Assembly (NCBI RefSeq): GCF_000315625.1
Contig: NW_005434616.1
Span: forward strand, 288,500-352,499
Source: Guillardia theta CCMP2712
Taxonomy: Eukaryota > Protista > Cryptophyta
Length of the DNA stretch: 64,000 nt
Direction of reading: 5' to 3'
The notes under the pieces were generated by a model, which was given only the letters and a program-made list of their open reading frames with translations, searched no databases and was not told the origin of the DNA. The translations under genes were made by a program, and so were the position numbers. Position 1 is the stretch's first letter; the number at the start of each line of letters is the position of its first letter. Positions 9,933-22,291 of the stretch are shown in pieces.

Positions 9933-12900
9933 ATGATTGAGATCCCTGTTGGGATCGCAGCTTCAGTCTCCTTTACCTGCCTCCTCCGCCATGTTGTCGT
10001 CTCTTTCTTCCCTCATCACGCTCGCTTCATCCTCCAGGGCGGACTGATCAGCTCTATGGTCACAAGCGCCGCAGCGGGTCTGATTGGCATCGCTACCTCC
10101 AAGCTCATTGCAGTCCATTCAAAGCTCCCTCAGCCTCCACAGCTACTCCAAAGCTCGATAGGAGAAGATAATGGACCTGTATTCTCTGCGCAAGAGCAGG
10201 ATTGTCCGGGGAGCACGGAGGTTTGGAAGAAGAGATCGATGAAGACTGAAGCAGTGGCGTCAGGGTCCAACGTGAAGGCTCGTTTGTTTCCTCCTTTTCC
10301 CTTTTCTTCAGCTCACTGCACGCGGACGGTGAAGTGCCAGGATGCTGTGAGGTGGCTGGAGGAGGAGGAGACGATCGCAGGAGCGGTGTTCACCTCCCTC
10401 CCTGATGTGATCGAGCTGGACATGGAGGGTGAGGAGGAGGATTACAAGAAATGGTTCCTCCATGTTGCTCGGTTGATCCTCTCAAAACTTCAGAAAAATT
10501 CGGTTGCAATTTTCTACCAGGTAGAACAAGGTTCTTCCTCCTCCTCTCTTCTCCTCCCCGTCTTCTCTTCGCCTCCTCCTCTCTGCCTCCTCCTCGTCCT
10601 CCTCGTCCCTCTTCTATCCTTTCTCTCTCGTCGTCCTCCCTCCTCTTGCTCAGATCTATCCAGTATCCTTTACCCTCATTTCTTCTCCACCTTCCCCCTT
10701 CCTCCTTGACCGACAGAACGTCTCCTAGTGCTGCCCATGCCTCTCTTTGCCCCTCGCGCTCTCCTTGGAGCAGTTGCTCAGTTGTTGTTTAACTGGTTCG
10801 ACAAAGACAGATGTAAAAGTGATGAGCAACCGAAGATGTCAAAAAGGAAAAAAGGGCCAGACATGTAGGAAGAGGAGGAGGAAGGGAGGAGAAGGAAGGG
10901 AGGAGGAGGAGGAGAGCAGGAGGAGGAAGGAGGAGAGAAAGATAGGAGAAGGGATGCTCGAGGGGGATGGGGAGGAGAAGGAAAAAGGAGAGGGAATGTT
11001 ATTGAGAAAGAAGACATTTGACATGTTCAGCAGCACCTCACCTTATCGAGTGGCTTGACAAGTCATTTCTCTGCATGAAAGCAGCAGAAGAGGCAGGATG
11101 TAAACTGTTATGGAGGAAGACGGTGAGATGACATGGAAGACACTGAAAGGATGTTGCGCACGAGAGGAGCAAGAGGAGAAGAGAGAGGAGAGGAAGGAGG
11201 AAGAGTAAGGTTGCGCTTTGATCTGCTTGCAGGTTGTGAAGGGATCGGCGAGCGCCTTGTGCGTGTCTCGTCCCACTACGACTCACCTGCTCTGCTTCGG
11301 GAAAGTAATTCCCCTAGAAGAACCCGGCTACCCTTGCATGCAACTCATTTTGTCTTTCCTTTCCTTTCCTCCCTCTGCTCTGCTCTGCTCTGCTCTGCTC
11401 AGCTCAGCTCTGCTCAGCTCAGCTCTGCTCAGCTCAGCTCTGCTCTGCTCAGCTCTGCTCAGCTCAGCTCTGCTCAGCTCTGCTCTGCTCTGCTCTGCTC
11501 GGCACTTTCCCCTCTTGAATTTTCATTCCTTGTTGTTCCTCTTCTTTCCCCTCCCTTCTGTCCCCCTCGCGTCTTCGCAAAGCTCAAGCATTGCTCGCAG
11601 AACGACGTTGAATATCCTCCCTCCAAGTTCTCAACTCCTGACATCTTTCCTCGCGGCGTCATGACCTGGCCTAAGGTGCAATTCCTCTTCATTCTCTCAC
11701 GTTTGCAATCTTCCTCGTCCTCTACTCCCCTGCTCCCCCCTCCCTCCTTCCTCCTCTGCCGTTCCCTTCCTCTGCCGTTCCCTCACCTTCACCTCGTCCT
11801 CCTCTTCTCCCTCCCGACGTTCTTGTTCTTCAGGCCATCGGACTGGACGCTGCTCTCCTCGGCTGCCGCTTCCTGAAGGAGCAGATGAAATGCGAGCTAG
11901 TCATCGACCCATTTTGTGGCTACGTACGAGAGGAGGAGGAAGGAGGAGGAGGAAGGAGGAGGGAGAAGGAGGAGGGAGAAGGGAGGCGAGATGTAGATGG
12001 ATGAAGGTGCTCAGGGGCGAGAAGGATGGTAGAAAGTCGGAGGTGGTGCTGCACACAGAGTGAGGAGAGGTTGGGGGGCGAGGAGCAGCATCCAGAGGAT
12101 GGGAAAGTAGAGTCGAGGAGTTGGGGCAGGAGGAGCAGGTGGAAATACGTTTTATGGACTCACTGAGATCCTGTCAGGGGACCATCCTTGCCTGTGCCAA
12201 CCTGGTGCCGCCCCCGCCCCCCCCTTTCCTCCTCCTCCTCCTCCTCCTCCTCCTCGTCGGCAGCAGCCGGGTCGATGTCCAGCTCCTCTTTTCTCCGCTC
12301 GCTTCGGCAGCGGGCGGATGAGGATGCAGGCTCTCGTATTCAATTTCTGCCGGCAGGAGGATCTTTTTTTTTGTTAGAGTTTTTTTTTTTTTTTNNNNNN
12401 NNNNNNNNNNNNNNNNNNNNNNNNNNNNNNNNNNNNNNNNNNNNNNNNNNNNNNNNNNNNNNNNNNNNNNNNNNNNNNNNNNNNNNNNNNNNNNAATGAG
12501 GGAGGGGACGAGAGAGAGGAGAAACGAGTACGTTCTGATATCTCACCAGGTGCGACATGGCAGAGAGGCTGCGGGTGGAGTCCCTGGTGCTGTCCGACGA
12601 CTACAACGACGATGCTTACAGAGGGCAGGTGAGAGTGAACTACATCCCTTTGGCGCTCCCTCTTTCCTCGTCCAGTCCTTGCCCTCAGCTCCGTCTCCCT
12701 CCCTCCGTCCTCGCACCTGGCACTACCTCCCTCTTCCTCTCCTCCTCACTGTCGGCTTCCTCTCCCTCCGACTCTAACTGTCATCCTCTTCCTTTTCCCC
12801 TCATTGTCCTCCTCTTTCTCCTCTCCCCCTCTTTCTCCTCTCCTCCTCTTTCTCCTCTCCTCCTCTTTCTCCTCTCCTCCTCTTTCTCCTCTCCTCCTCT

Positions 12901-13008
12901 TTCTCCTCTCCTCCTCTTTCTCCTCTCCTCACTGCCCTCCTGATCATTCTTTCATTTCAGATGCCGAAGCTCAAAAGTGTGCTGCGGAAGTTGACGGAGG
13001 CGCGATGA
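9933..13008 (+). CDS. SAM-dependent methyltransferase of N4/N6 DNA-methylase (beta-type order) fold, multi-exon, interrupted by an N-gap
   Basis: Exons: CQDAVRWL..VFTSLPD..YKKWF..VAIFYQ|TD.., EWLDKSFLCMKAAEEAGCKLLWRK, DIFPRGVMTWPK|AIGLDAA, VIDPFCGY|GTILACANL, RCDMAERL...MPKLKSVLRKLTEAR*. Confidence 0.75.
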
Positions 13009-13116
13009 GACTTGCAGACTTTATCGACGGTCAACGAGAGGTGAGGGTTCTAACACACAGAATCCTCCCTTCCTATCTTAAGAGGATCAAACGTGACATG
13101 TAGACCGATCAAGGTT

Positions 13117-15994
13117 TCAAATGAAGGAGAAAGGATCCGAAGAGTCCTGCAAAGATCGTGAATGTCTGAGGGATACGGACGGCAGGGAGGCAAGGGGAGA
13201 CGGAGGATAAAGAACGAAGGAGGAACAAGGGAAGGGGTTGATGGAAGGGAGGCCGAGAGGGAGGGATAGAATGTAGTGGAGGGAGCGAAGGGAGTTGAGT
13301 GGAGGGAGTGGAGGGAGTGGAGGGAGTGGAGGGAGTTGAGTGGAGGGAGTGGAGGGAGTGGAGGGAGTGGAGGGAGGGAGTGGAGTGGAGGGAGTGGAGT
13401 GGAGGGAGTGGAGTGGAGGGAGTGGAGGGGCTCAAGCCATGAATCACCTTGAGGCCAAGTTTCTGCTGGGTGGAATGAGAGACTGCACCTGCGCCTCCGC
13501 CCATGCCTCCTCCCATTCCCATTCCTCCTCCCATCATGTTGCCTTGCATGCCCATGCCGCCTTGCATGCCCATGCCTCCTCCCATGCCGCCTCCCATGCC
13601 CATGCCTCCCATTCCTCCTCCCATTCCCATGCCTCCTCCCATTCCCATGCCGCCTCCCATACCTCCTCCCATCATGTTGCCTCCCATACCGCCTCCCATT
13701 CCCATGCCGCCTCCCATCATGTTGCCTCCCATGCCTCCTCCCATCATGTTGCCTCCTCCCATGCCCATTCCTCCGCCCATACCTCCTCCCATCATGTTGC
13801 CTTGCATTCCCATGCCTCCTCCCATCATGTTACCTTGCATGCCCATACCCATGCCTCCTCCCATGCCTCCTCCCATCATGTTGCCTTGCATGCCACCATG
13901 TCCGATCTTCGCCATAGTGTTCATGCTCATCTTGGGCCCATCGGACTGCGAGCTCTTCCCGGAGCCCAGCGACAAGCTGTCGAGGTTCACAAGCGACGAC
14001 AAGGCGTCCTTCGCGCCTGCAGGTTTACCGGCAGGAGGAGGCTGAACAACGTTTGGAGTGTTGGATCCCACGAAGTTGCCGAATCCGAAGTCTGAGTTCG
14101 ACCCATTGCCCATGGAGGGAGCAGGAGCAGGGGCAGGAGCAGAGAAAACGTCGGAAAGGAGGTCTTGTGCAGACTTGTGCTGGGCAGGAGCAGCGCCAGA
14201 AGAGAAAGGATCAGACCCACCGAAGGGATCGTTACTAAAGTTGCCGAAGGGCTCTGAGATGGCACTCAGTCCTAGTCTATCGCCTCTAACCGTTTTCCTA
14301 CCTGTGCTGGCAGCCGTTGCAGTGGGCTGACTGCCGAAGGGATCGCTGCCGAAGTTCGCCCAGTCGTTCTGCTGAGGGGTCTCAACCTGCGATGCAAGAG
14401 CGAATTTCAGAAAGCAGTGCGGGAGGCATCATGGCAAGGTTGACCGTGCTTCTTGACTGGGTTGGTTTATGATCAGGGACAACTGAACCTGAAATGCTCC
14501 TGTCAAGGGCAGACGGAAGCGTTCAGTCGGAATCAAAATGAACTACCGGAAAGGGGTGCAACTGGCTTATCCTCAACCTGCCATGTCCCATAAGAACCAT
14601 CGAGGTTTGAGCAACGGCAGACAAGACCTTGGCGTTGCTCGGCTTGATGTTGATCTTGATCGCACCTCCTCCCGACGACTTGTTGGCAAACGGATCTTCT
14701 CCCCTGTTTCTCCGTCAGCGCTCTTACATCCGACAAGGTCCGGGCAACCAGTCGTCGTCGTCATCCTTCTTCTTGTTGTCAGAGAACGTCTCCTTCCTGG
14801 GAAGGATCCTCAGCGGACATGAGACCATAGTGCAGGCTTACTTCTCCGTGTCTCTCTTGGGTCGATCCCAATCATCGTCATCGAACTTAGACGAGCTTCC
14901 GCCGGAGCTGGAACAGGACAGGGCAAGCATCACTACAACCCACGACAATCAGAGTTTCTGATGCCACACCGATATTCCTCGCTGCTGAACCCCCCGCTCT
15001 TTTCATTGTGGAAGCTAATCAAGGATTGGGCTCAGTGACAAACCACCTCTCCAAGATTCCTTGCTCTTCACCGATCTCTGGCCCTGCGAGCCTTCTCTCT
15101 TTCCTCCGAGAGCCTTTCGTTGCTTCACAGGCAACCATCAGGTTCGAAGAGCGCATCTACCATCATCTCATACCTTTGAAGGAGCTCGATCAGCTGCTTC
15201 GATTTCTCCCTCACGTTGATTCCCTAAGTGTCCAACGGAGTCAGCGAGCCAGCGGCAGCAGCTCCAGCAAGGTTTCAGACCTGGTCCTTGCCAGTGTTCT
15301 CTTCCGTGTACTCGAATCTCTTCAGCGGCTCCAACCTTGACGATGGTCAGCCAGTCGACAAGTTGCCAACGAGCATCGGCAAACCTCTCAACGTTGTCCC
15401 TGACATCCTCAACGAACCTCTTGGTTCCGTTCTTGACACAGTAGTCGAGCACGTTGAGCGCCTTGTACACCTGCAAGGATCTCGCTCAAAACTAGAGGTC
15501 TTCACAAGACTTCTTCACACCTTGCGCCAGTTCTGTGGTGGTTCTTTGAACCTTTCCCAAAGGACCTGAACACATCCAAAGTTCACCCAGCGATTATCAC
15601 ACGCGAATAAGAACCTGCAGGATCAAACTTTTCTGCTGGGAATCACTTGTAGCAGCTGAAATCTCATGGAGCTGCAGGCAGGACCGAAGTTCAGCTCCAT
15701 CTTCATCATCACGACACTCATCTCCTCTACCTGTGTTCCCGATGGTCCCCAAGCCTCGCTGCCTGAAGCGATTGTCACAACATTTTCTGCGGCAATAGAA
15801 GCATGCGGAAAGTACTTGTTGCTTCCATGACTTTGGCTTCAATTTCACTTACGTTCAAGACAACTACAAATATGATAAGAATCCAGAGAGCAAAACAAGA
15901 GCTTAAAGGAGATACCGTTTCTTCCCTTTTTGAAGAGATCCTTCCCCATAGCAAACGCCTTAAGCGCGATACCATTGAGGTCTGAAGATTCCAT
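13117..15994 (-). CDS. Epsin / clathrin-interactor (ENTH domain) protein, multi-exon
   Basis: SEIEAKVMEAT, EAWGPSGT, LHEISAAT, LWERFKEPPQNWRK|VYKALNVLDYCVKNGTKRFV, GKDQ|GINVREKSKQLIELL. Also DPF motifs, LVNLD clathrin-box-like motif, and a Gly/Met-rich tail ending DSSDPFSFI*. Confidence 0.93.
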
Positions 15995-16464
15995 TTTTGG
16001 ATACTGTTCTGAAATTTCGCAATGTTCAGATCAAGATCACTTGCTGTCCTTCGACGACTGTCTAACTAGAAACCACAAAACACAAAACAGTCCACTTCTT
16101 CGAAACTCGAATTGCATTTCTTGCAAGCATAATCCTCTCACAGACTGTCTTTCATACTCTCCTCCTATCGTCTCTGTCCCTTATGGCGCTCATCGTCCGC
16201 CATTCCTCCCTCCCGCAGGTACTGGCCTGTTCCCACTAGCCATCACACCCATTTCTCGCTTACGTCATGTTCACCGATGCCATTATGTGCGAAACCAAAT
16301 CGCCCTGCTCCTTCTGAAATCGTTCCTTTCATCGCTATCAATGCATTGACATCCCTTCTTTTGCCCCCTTCTCTCCTCCTCCTACTCCTCCTCCTCCTCG
16401 TCGTCGTCGTCCTCCTCCTCCTCGCATGCGTTTTCCCCAGCCATCCCTTGCCAGCCATGCCGGG

Positions 16465-17400
16465 TGCCAGGGGGTAGTGAATGAAGTTAGGGTCCTTCAG
16501 AAACTGGTAGGGTCATTGTTAACTGGGGGTGGGTACTTTGACATGGACTTAACAATTCAGGTGGTAGGGGTGACGACTTGTCGTTCAATCACCGGTGTAT
16601 ATGAGCTTCAATATGTAGCGAATGAAGGGGTAATAAATGGTTAGAGGTGGTCATAGATGTTGTAGCCTAGTGTTATCCACGGTGGGTGATCAAAATATGA
16701 GGTAGGGGTATTTCCATGCAGTCCAAAATCCAAGAAGGTGGGTCTTGGTCTGCATGTGTTCTACAAGAGGGGTACTCTATATCACCCCTTGTATGATGTA
16801 CCCCTATCCACCTAGGGACCCACGGGGCCAGCCCTCGGGTATCACCCCACCCATGTCACCAAGAAAATCAATCACAAACCCAACCCGTACATCGAATGTT
16901 GGGAGATGGCTGGACCCCATTTGATTGACCAGTACCCCGAGAACTACTATACTACCCTGTCAATTATGCACAAATTTCAGATAAAATAAGGGGTGACATT
17001 GATAACCCACCCCTTAGAAGTACTCCTCAAGATCCCTTCCACCCCTACATGCTCAGTGTACCATGCCAACATCAACTTTCTACCACCCATGTAACCCAAC
17101 TGCATGTACCCCTGGTCCTGTGGTGAATTTCAACCCACCACATGGGGAGTACATTGGCTAAACAGACCGGTGGTCACAAGCTGGACTTCTGGCAGTGGGG
17201 TAGGGGTGTCAAGTGGAGGCGTAGCCTCTTCCCCAACCTGGGGAATCCAGGGGTGGGGTGGGGTAAGAACATGGGAAAATACAGGGTGGGGGTGATATCA
17301 AGGGGTAGGATATACACAGGTCAGGTAGGGGTAGTATTTGAAAGCCCTCATCCCCAACCAGCATCACTTCTTTAGCCCTCATCCTGGCCCTCATCCCCTA
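16465..17400. other. ~0.9 kb CpG-poor intergenic tract rich in GGG(G)/CCC(C) runs
   Basis: Dense gggggt/ggggta/taccc/acccc runs, few CG dinucleotides, no credible ORF. Confidence 0.6.
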
Positions 17401-17484
17401 CACAACATGTCTCTAAACTGAACCATAACTAACTAATCTCACCACTGCCTTGCCGGCTAGCTCAACACAACAATAACATGAAAG

Positions 17485-17605
17485 AGGAGAAGATGATAGC
17501 AAGATGATAACAAGATGACAAACAATCAAAAAAAGATGATAACAAGCTCATAACAAGATCATAACAAGATCATAACAAGCTCATAACAAGCTCATAACAA
17601 TATGA
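17485..17605. repeat. 11-bp tandem repeat (CATAACAAGMT)n with degenerate flanks
   Basis: ataacaagctc/ataacaagatc repeated about 6 times at 17539-17600. Confidence 0.85.
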
Positions 17606-17699
17606 TGAAGTTAGATATTGAACACTTTAATGGACCAATCTAGTCTGACTGGGAATGGTATAGCATGCCGACTATAGCGAACGATGCACATGAAAGACC

Positions 17700-20600
17700 A
17701 TCAAAATCTCTACATCTGACTGAATGACCAGGTCATTCGCCTCCTCCTGGTGTGCGTGGACCAAACGGGACAAGAAAGGATGGTACTTCCAGCTACTGAC
17801 GCAATCTACGTGGCAGGCAGGAAGGACGGGGTGGTAATCTAGTTTGACGATGGTAACAGGTTACGGATTTTATGTTCCCTCGTGGAACCGTGCGGAGGGA
17901 GCGAATGTAAAGAAGCAGGGCGAGGGACAGGATAGGGCGGAGAAGGTGCAGCAAGTGCTATCCCTTCCTGCCATCCCTTCCTGCCATCCCTTCCTGCCGT
18001 CCTTTCCCTGGTCGACCCGATTCTGGCAGGAGAAAAGTAGAAGCACCACGAGTAGGAGGCGTCCGATGATAGCACCTTCGTGGGTAAGAGAATTCTTTGC
18101 GTGCACAATCTGTCTTTGCTGCTCTTAATGTTCTCGTCGTCTTGCGTTCAATCTGGCTAAATTTTCACAATCATCGCATGCACTTCCCTCTCTCCCTCCT
18201 CCCCCTTCCCCTCCCCCTCTCCCTCTCCCCCCCTCCCTCTCCCTTTCCCTCTCCTCTCCGTCTCCCTTCCCTCTCCATCTCCCTGCATTGATGGGTTGAC
18301 TTGTTTTGCAGGCCATGGGAGGAAGACGCTCAGGGCCGAGTGGCGTGGTGAGGAGATTTGACCCCAGCAACAGCCCAGCTGAACATGACGGCAGGGCTGT
18401 CCATGTTGTGGGGTCCCGTCGCATGAGGACACATGGCGAGCGGAGATGTCAAACTTGAGTGCTCTGAGGCCGTGAAATGAGGCGGTTGACGTGAGGGAGG
18501 AGAGAGGACCAAGGGGTGCAAGACAGGGACGAGGCAGTTGAGAGGAGGAGGGGGAGGCGAGAGGAGGAGGAGGAAGTGAGGGATCAGGCGAGAGGAGGAC
18601 GAGCGAGGGGTGAACGGCCGAGCTCCACGTCTCAGCGAACTTGTGAAGCGTCAGCAGCGGTGTAACGATAGGAGGAGAGAGGAGAGATTCATTCTGATAA
18701 TAACATGGTGCTGGACGTCGAAGTGACATTACTGATGTGAAGCTGAACGTGAGCAGGGCAGCAGCTTGCAAGCTGTTGGGTCCTCTGTCCCATCCTCCTC
18801 AGTGACTCCCTCCCTGCTGGCTCCGCCCGTCATGCTCCTGCAGATGGAGAGGAGGCTGAGGCAGATCGCATCCTCTGCCTCCTTGCTAGATGACGGCTCC
18901 CCCAGCGAGCTCCTTGCCTTCTCGTACCCCTGGGAGAACCTGAGGACACAGAACTCCTCCCTCCTCCTCCTCACTGTTGCCCACATGCTCGTCATCACCA
19001 CCCACACTGTCATTCCCTTCCTCGTTTCCGTCCCGAACCCTGTTTGGTTCCTCCACCATTTCCTCTCATGACTGCTCCCTCTCCCCCTCTTTCGTGTTCC
19101 TCCTCCCTTCTTACCTCGGTGCAGACCATCACGAGGATCAGGGCATGGGCAGCGCTCTGCTGCTGGTGAGAGAGTTGGTTTGAGGTCAGCTCTTTGAGCA
19201 ACCGCTGCAGCAGTTGCGTTGAGTCCCTCTCCTTTCTCCCCTCGATCCTCCTCCTCCTCCTCCTCCTCCTCCTCCTCCTCCTCCTCCTCCTCCTCCTCCT
19301 CCTCCTGCTTCCTCTTTCCCTTCCTCTTTCCCCTCCTCCTTTATCTCTCGCTCACCTGAGCCAGAGGGAGGACGAGAGTGGAATTTCCGCATCCCCAGGA
19401 CTTGCTATGCAGTCAGAAATGGACTCGTTCAAGCAAGAGCAAGAGAAACAAGGAGAGTGAAGGAGGAGGGGGTGGTTGGTAGAGGGGGGGAGGAAAAGCA
19501 AGCAGGGAAGCAGCTGAAGGAGAGAATGCTACAGCAAGCAGGAATGAAGATGGGGGGGGCAGCAAGTTCGGGCGCGAGGGTGGGAGAGAGGAGTCATGGA
19601 TCACCCGGACAAGAGATTCTACGAGGATGAGCGAGACTTCAAGGTCCATCTGATGAAAGTTTCTCTGCAGAGATGTCAAAGTTTGGCGCGGAGGAGAAGG
19701 AAGGTCTCAACGTTGACAAGCTCAAGCCAGAGGACGTCGGAGACTCTGCGGAATCTCTTTGACTTGTAGAGGAGCTTGCAGAGACGCTGAGAGGACAACC
19801 GTCAGCAACAGTGACGTGGACGTTTGAGAATGACGTGGACCAGAGCAGGAGAAAGCAAGCAAGTGATGAAGATGATCTACCTCCTTGACCAATGTGTTAT
19901 GCTGGTTCATGGCATAGAGTTCTTCCAGCTTGTCAACAGCCTTGTTGAATGGAGTCAAAGGAAAGGAAGCAACCAAGGGAGCAGCCCCACCATGTCTTCC
20001 TCCCCGTTCTTCTCAAGGATCATCGCAGCGTTCCAAAGTTTCTTGCAACTCCAAACTCAAAACAGGCTCCAACCTCCTCACACTCTGAACCACCTGCTGT
20101 AAGACTTGGGCCGGGAGGTGCCGCGCCTCCGCCTCCAGGACATCCAGGACTCTCCCGCCCGACTGGGGGTCTCCTGCCTGAGAGAGGATGAGAGGAGAGC
20201 AAGTGGCAGCAAGACAAGCAAGGGCTCACTTGCAAGAGCAAGTCCGCGGCTGAGAACCTCGAGCTATCAAGCAGCTCGCCCATGACAGCTTGAAAGTTCC
20301 TCAGGACGGAGGAGCGATCGCTGCATGCCCCGCTCAACTCCGCACTCCTCCTTCCACATGTCATGTCCGCACCTGTCGAGCAGGGAGGCGGAGGCAGCAA
20401 GGGAGTCCCTCACGTCAAGGGCCTGTGGGAGGGGCAAGCTTGAGAGACGGAGGGATCAGGACACACGACCAGACCATCGAGAAAAGAACTTGTTTCTTCA
20501 TGTCAGCGCCCTGCTGTTAGACAGCCAGTCAGCAGGGAGCAAGCACCGAGGAAGCGCATGCCTCGGACATTCCTGCCTTGTGGAGGAGGAGGAGGAGTTT

Positions 20601-21194
20601 GGCAAAAGCTGCGGGTCTGCATACAGCTCTTCAGAATCAGGGGCAGTCAGACTAGGAGTACTTGTTCGGGCTATGGTCGATTGCTCGTTTGTAACAGATG
20701 TTTGCAACCCAAAAGTCTTGTTTCGACGTTGCGAGATCTCCCATCAACAGCATTCGCATGTACACGTTTTCTTCCAAACTTTCATGCTCTTCCAAATGAT
20801 TGATGACGGTCCTGAGAAGGGAAAGGATTGGTTGATAAAAACTGCTTCTTGTTATCATTTGGAAACACCTTATCTTTACCAGCGATCTCTTCCTGCTGCT
20901 TGTCCTGACGGAAAAGAACGCAAAGAAAAGATTCCCGACATCGATTGTGACGTTAGCCGCTGTCGTAGAGTTTGCATTTGCAGGAAAACCTGAGGAGGAA
21001 AGTCAAATGGAGGGAGAAACGACGACAAAAAACACGAGTAAGACAAAGAATGCAGACAAGGACGAGGACGAGGACAAGGACAAGGACAAGGACGAGGACA
21101 AGGACAAGGACAAGGACGAGGGCGAGGGCGAGGGCGAGGACGAGGGCGAGGACGAGGACGAGGACGAGGATGAGGGCGAGGGCGAGGGCGAGGG

Positions 21195-21272
<78 letters not shown>

Positions 21273-22031
21273 AGAGGACGACGGAGGAGGACGAGGAGAA
21301 AAGATGCAAAGAACACATTGACCTCTACCTTCCAACTGGCTCTTCCCTTGACATGCTGCGAAGTCTCCCACGTACTTCACGTCCAGCTCCAGCTCAGCAG
21401 GGTGGATTCTGTCAACGCTCATGGAGATGGAGTAGCTGGAAGTCGACTTGGAGGAGGAGACGTCGAGGACAGGGACGGCAAGGACGACTGGCGTCGCCTG
21501 TGGCAGCACATAGGTGACGGCACCCTCCTCCACCAGAGAGCTTCGGAGGATGAAGGAAACCTGGTAGGCTCCGCGCTCAGTGGCCAGGATGGTGAGGTAG
21601 AGCATCCTGCTCTGGAAGAGGTCGAGGCGGCAGGGGTCCGTTACAAGATCGGCAACACCAACTGCGTCCTCACATCGGCACATGGAGCTGCTGGGGTCGG
21701 TGACGGAACTGTCTTGGTTCAGCAGTGCTGTGAAGGGGGCAGCCGCTGGGGACCGGACCTGTACCACGAGGTACGAGTATCTCCCCAGCATGAGGGCAGG
21801 GTGCGCGTTCCCTGGGTGCGTGTGCCTGTAGAGGCTGTGGATGTCCACTTGCTGCCTGCACGGTGCTCCTCCTCCCTCACATTCGAGGCTCTGATAAGCC
21901 TCCAGGTGCTCGGTGCCTTCAACTGCCTCCCCGAAGGGAGTGGAGCAGCGAGCATATGAAGCAAGGAGGAGGAGGAGGAGGAGAGAGCGGAAGATGTTAC
22001 CGCCACGGCGCGAGCCAGCGACATGCTCCAT
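17700..22031 (-). CDS. Large multi-exon hypothetical protein with an N-terminal signal peptide (secretory); 3' end uncertain
   Basis: MEHVAGSRRGGNIFRSLLLLLLLASYARCS, then a long globular exon (to ~21320) and further helical exons (LLRTVINHLEEH..VANICYKRAID; LLKELTSNQLSHQQ; FSQGYEKARSSLG). Confidence 0.55.
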
Positions 22032-22291
22032 GCCCGCTAGCTCGCAAGTCTCATCCTTTCCCGCCTCCCGTTGCGCCCCGCTGCCATGGGAAGAGCCCCC
22101 GACACTGAGGCAGGCTCGAGGAAATTTACATGGCCAAGGATGTCGGGTTGACCATGCGAGGAGGAGGAGGAGGAGGAGGAGGAGGAGAGGCAGGCGAGGG
22201 GGCAGGAGGATCGACGGGGTGGAGAGGTGAGCAGGGATCAGAGAGGAGGCAGCATGACGGCTATGGCGAGCCGGATGAAGCGCAGGAGAAG

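Noticed and set aside
12557-13103. Independent small gene
   Set aside because: It is better explained as the last exons of the methyltransferase-like gene (RCDMAERL.. follows the motif I region).
13449-13910. Novel Gly/Met repeat protein
   Set aside because: It is the Met/Gly-rich tail of the epsin; Met-rich tails are known in epsinR-type proteins.
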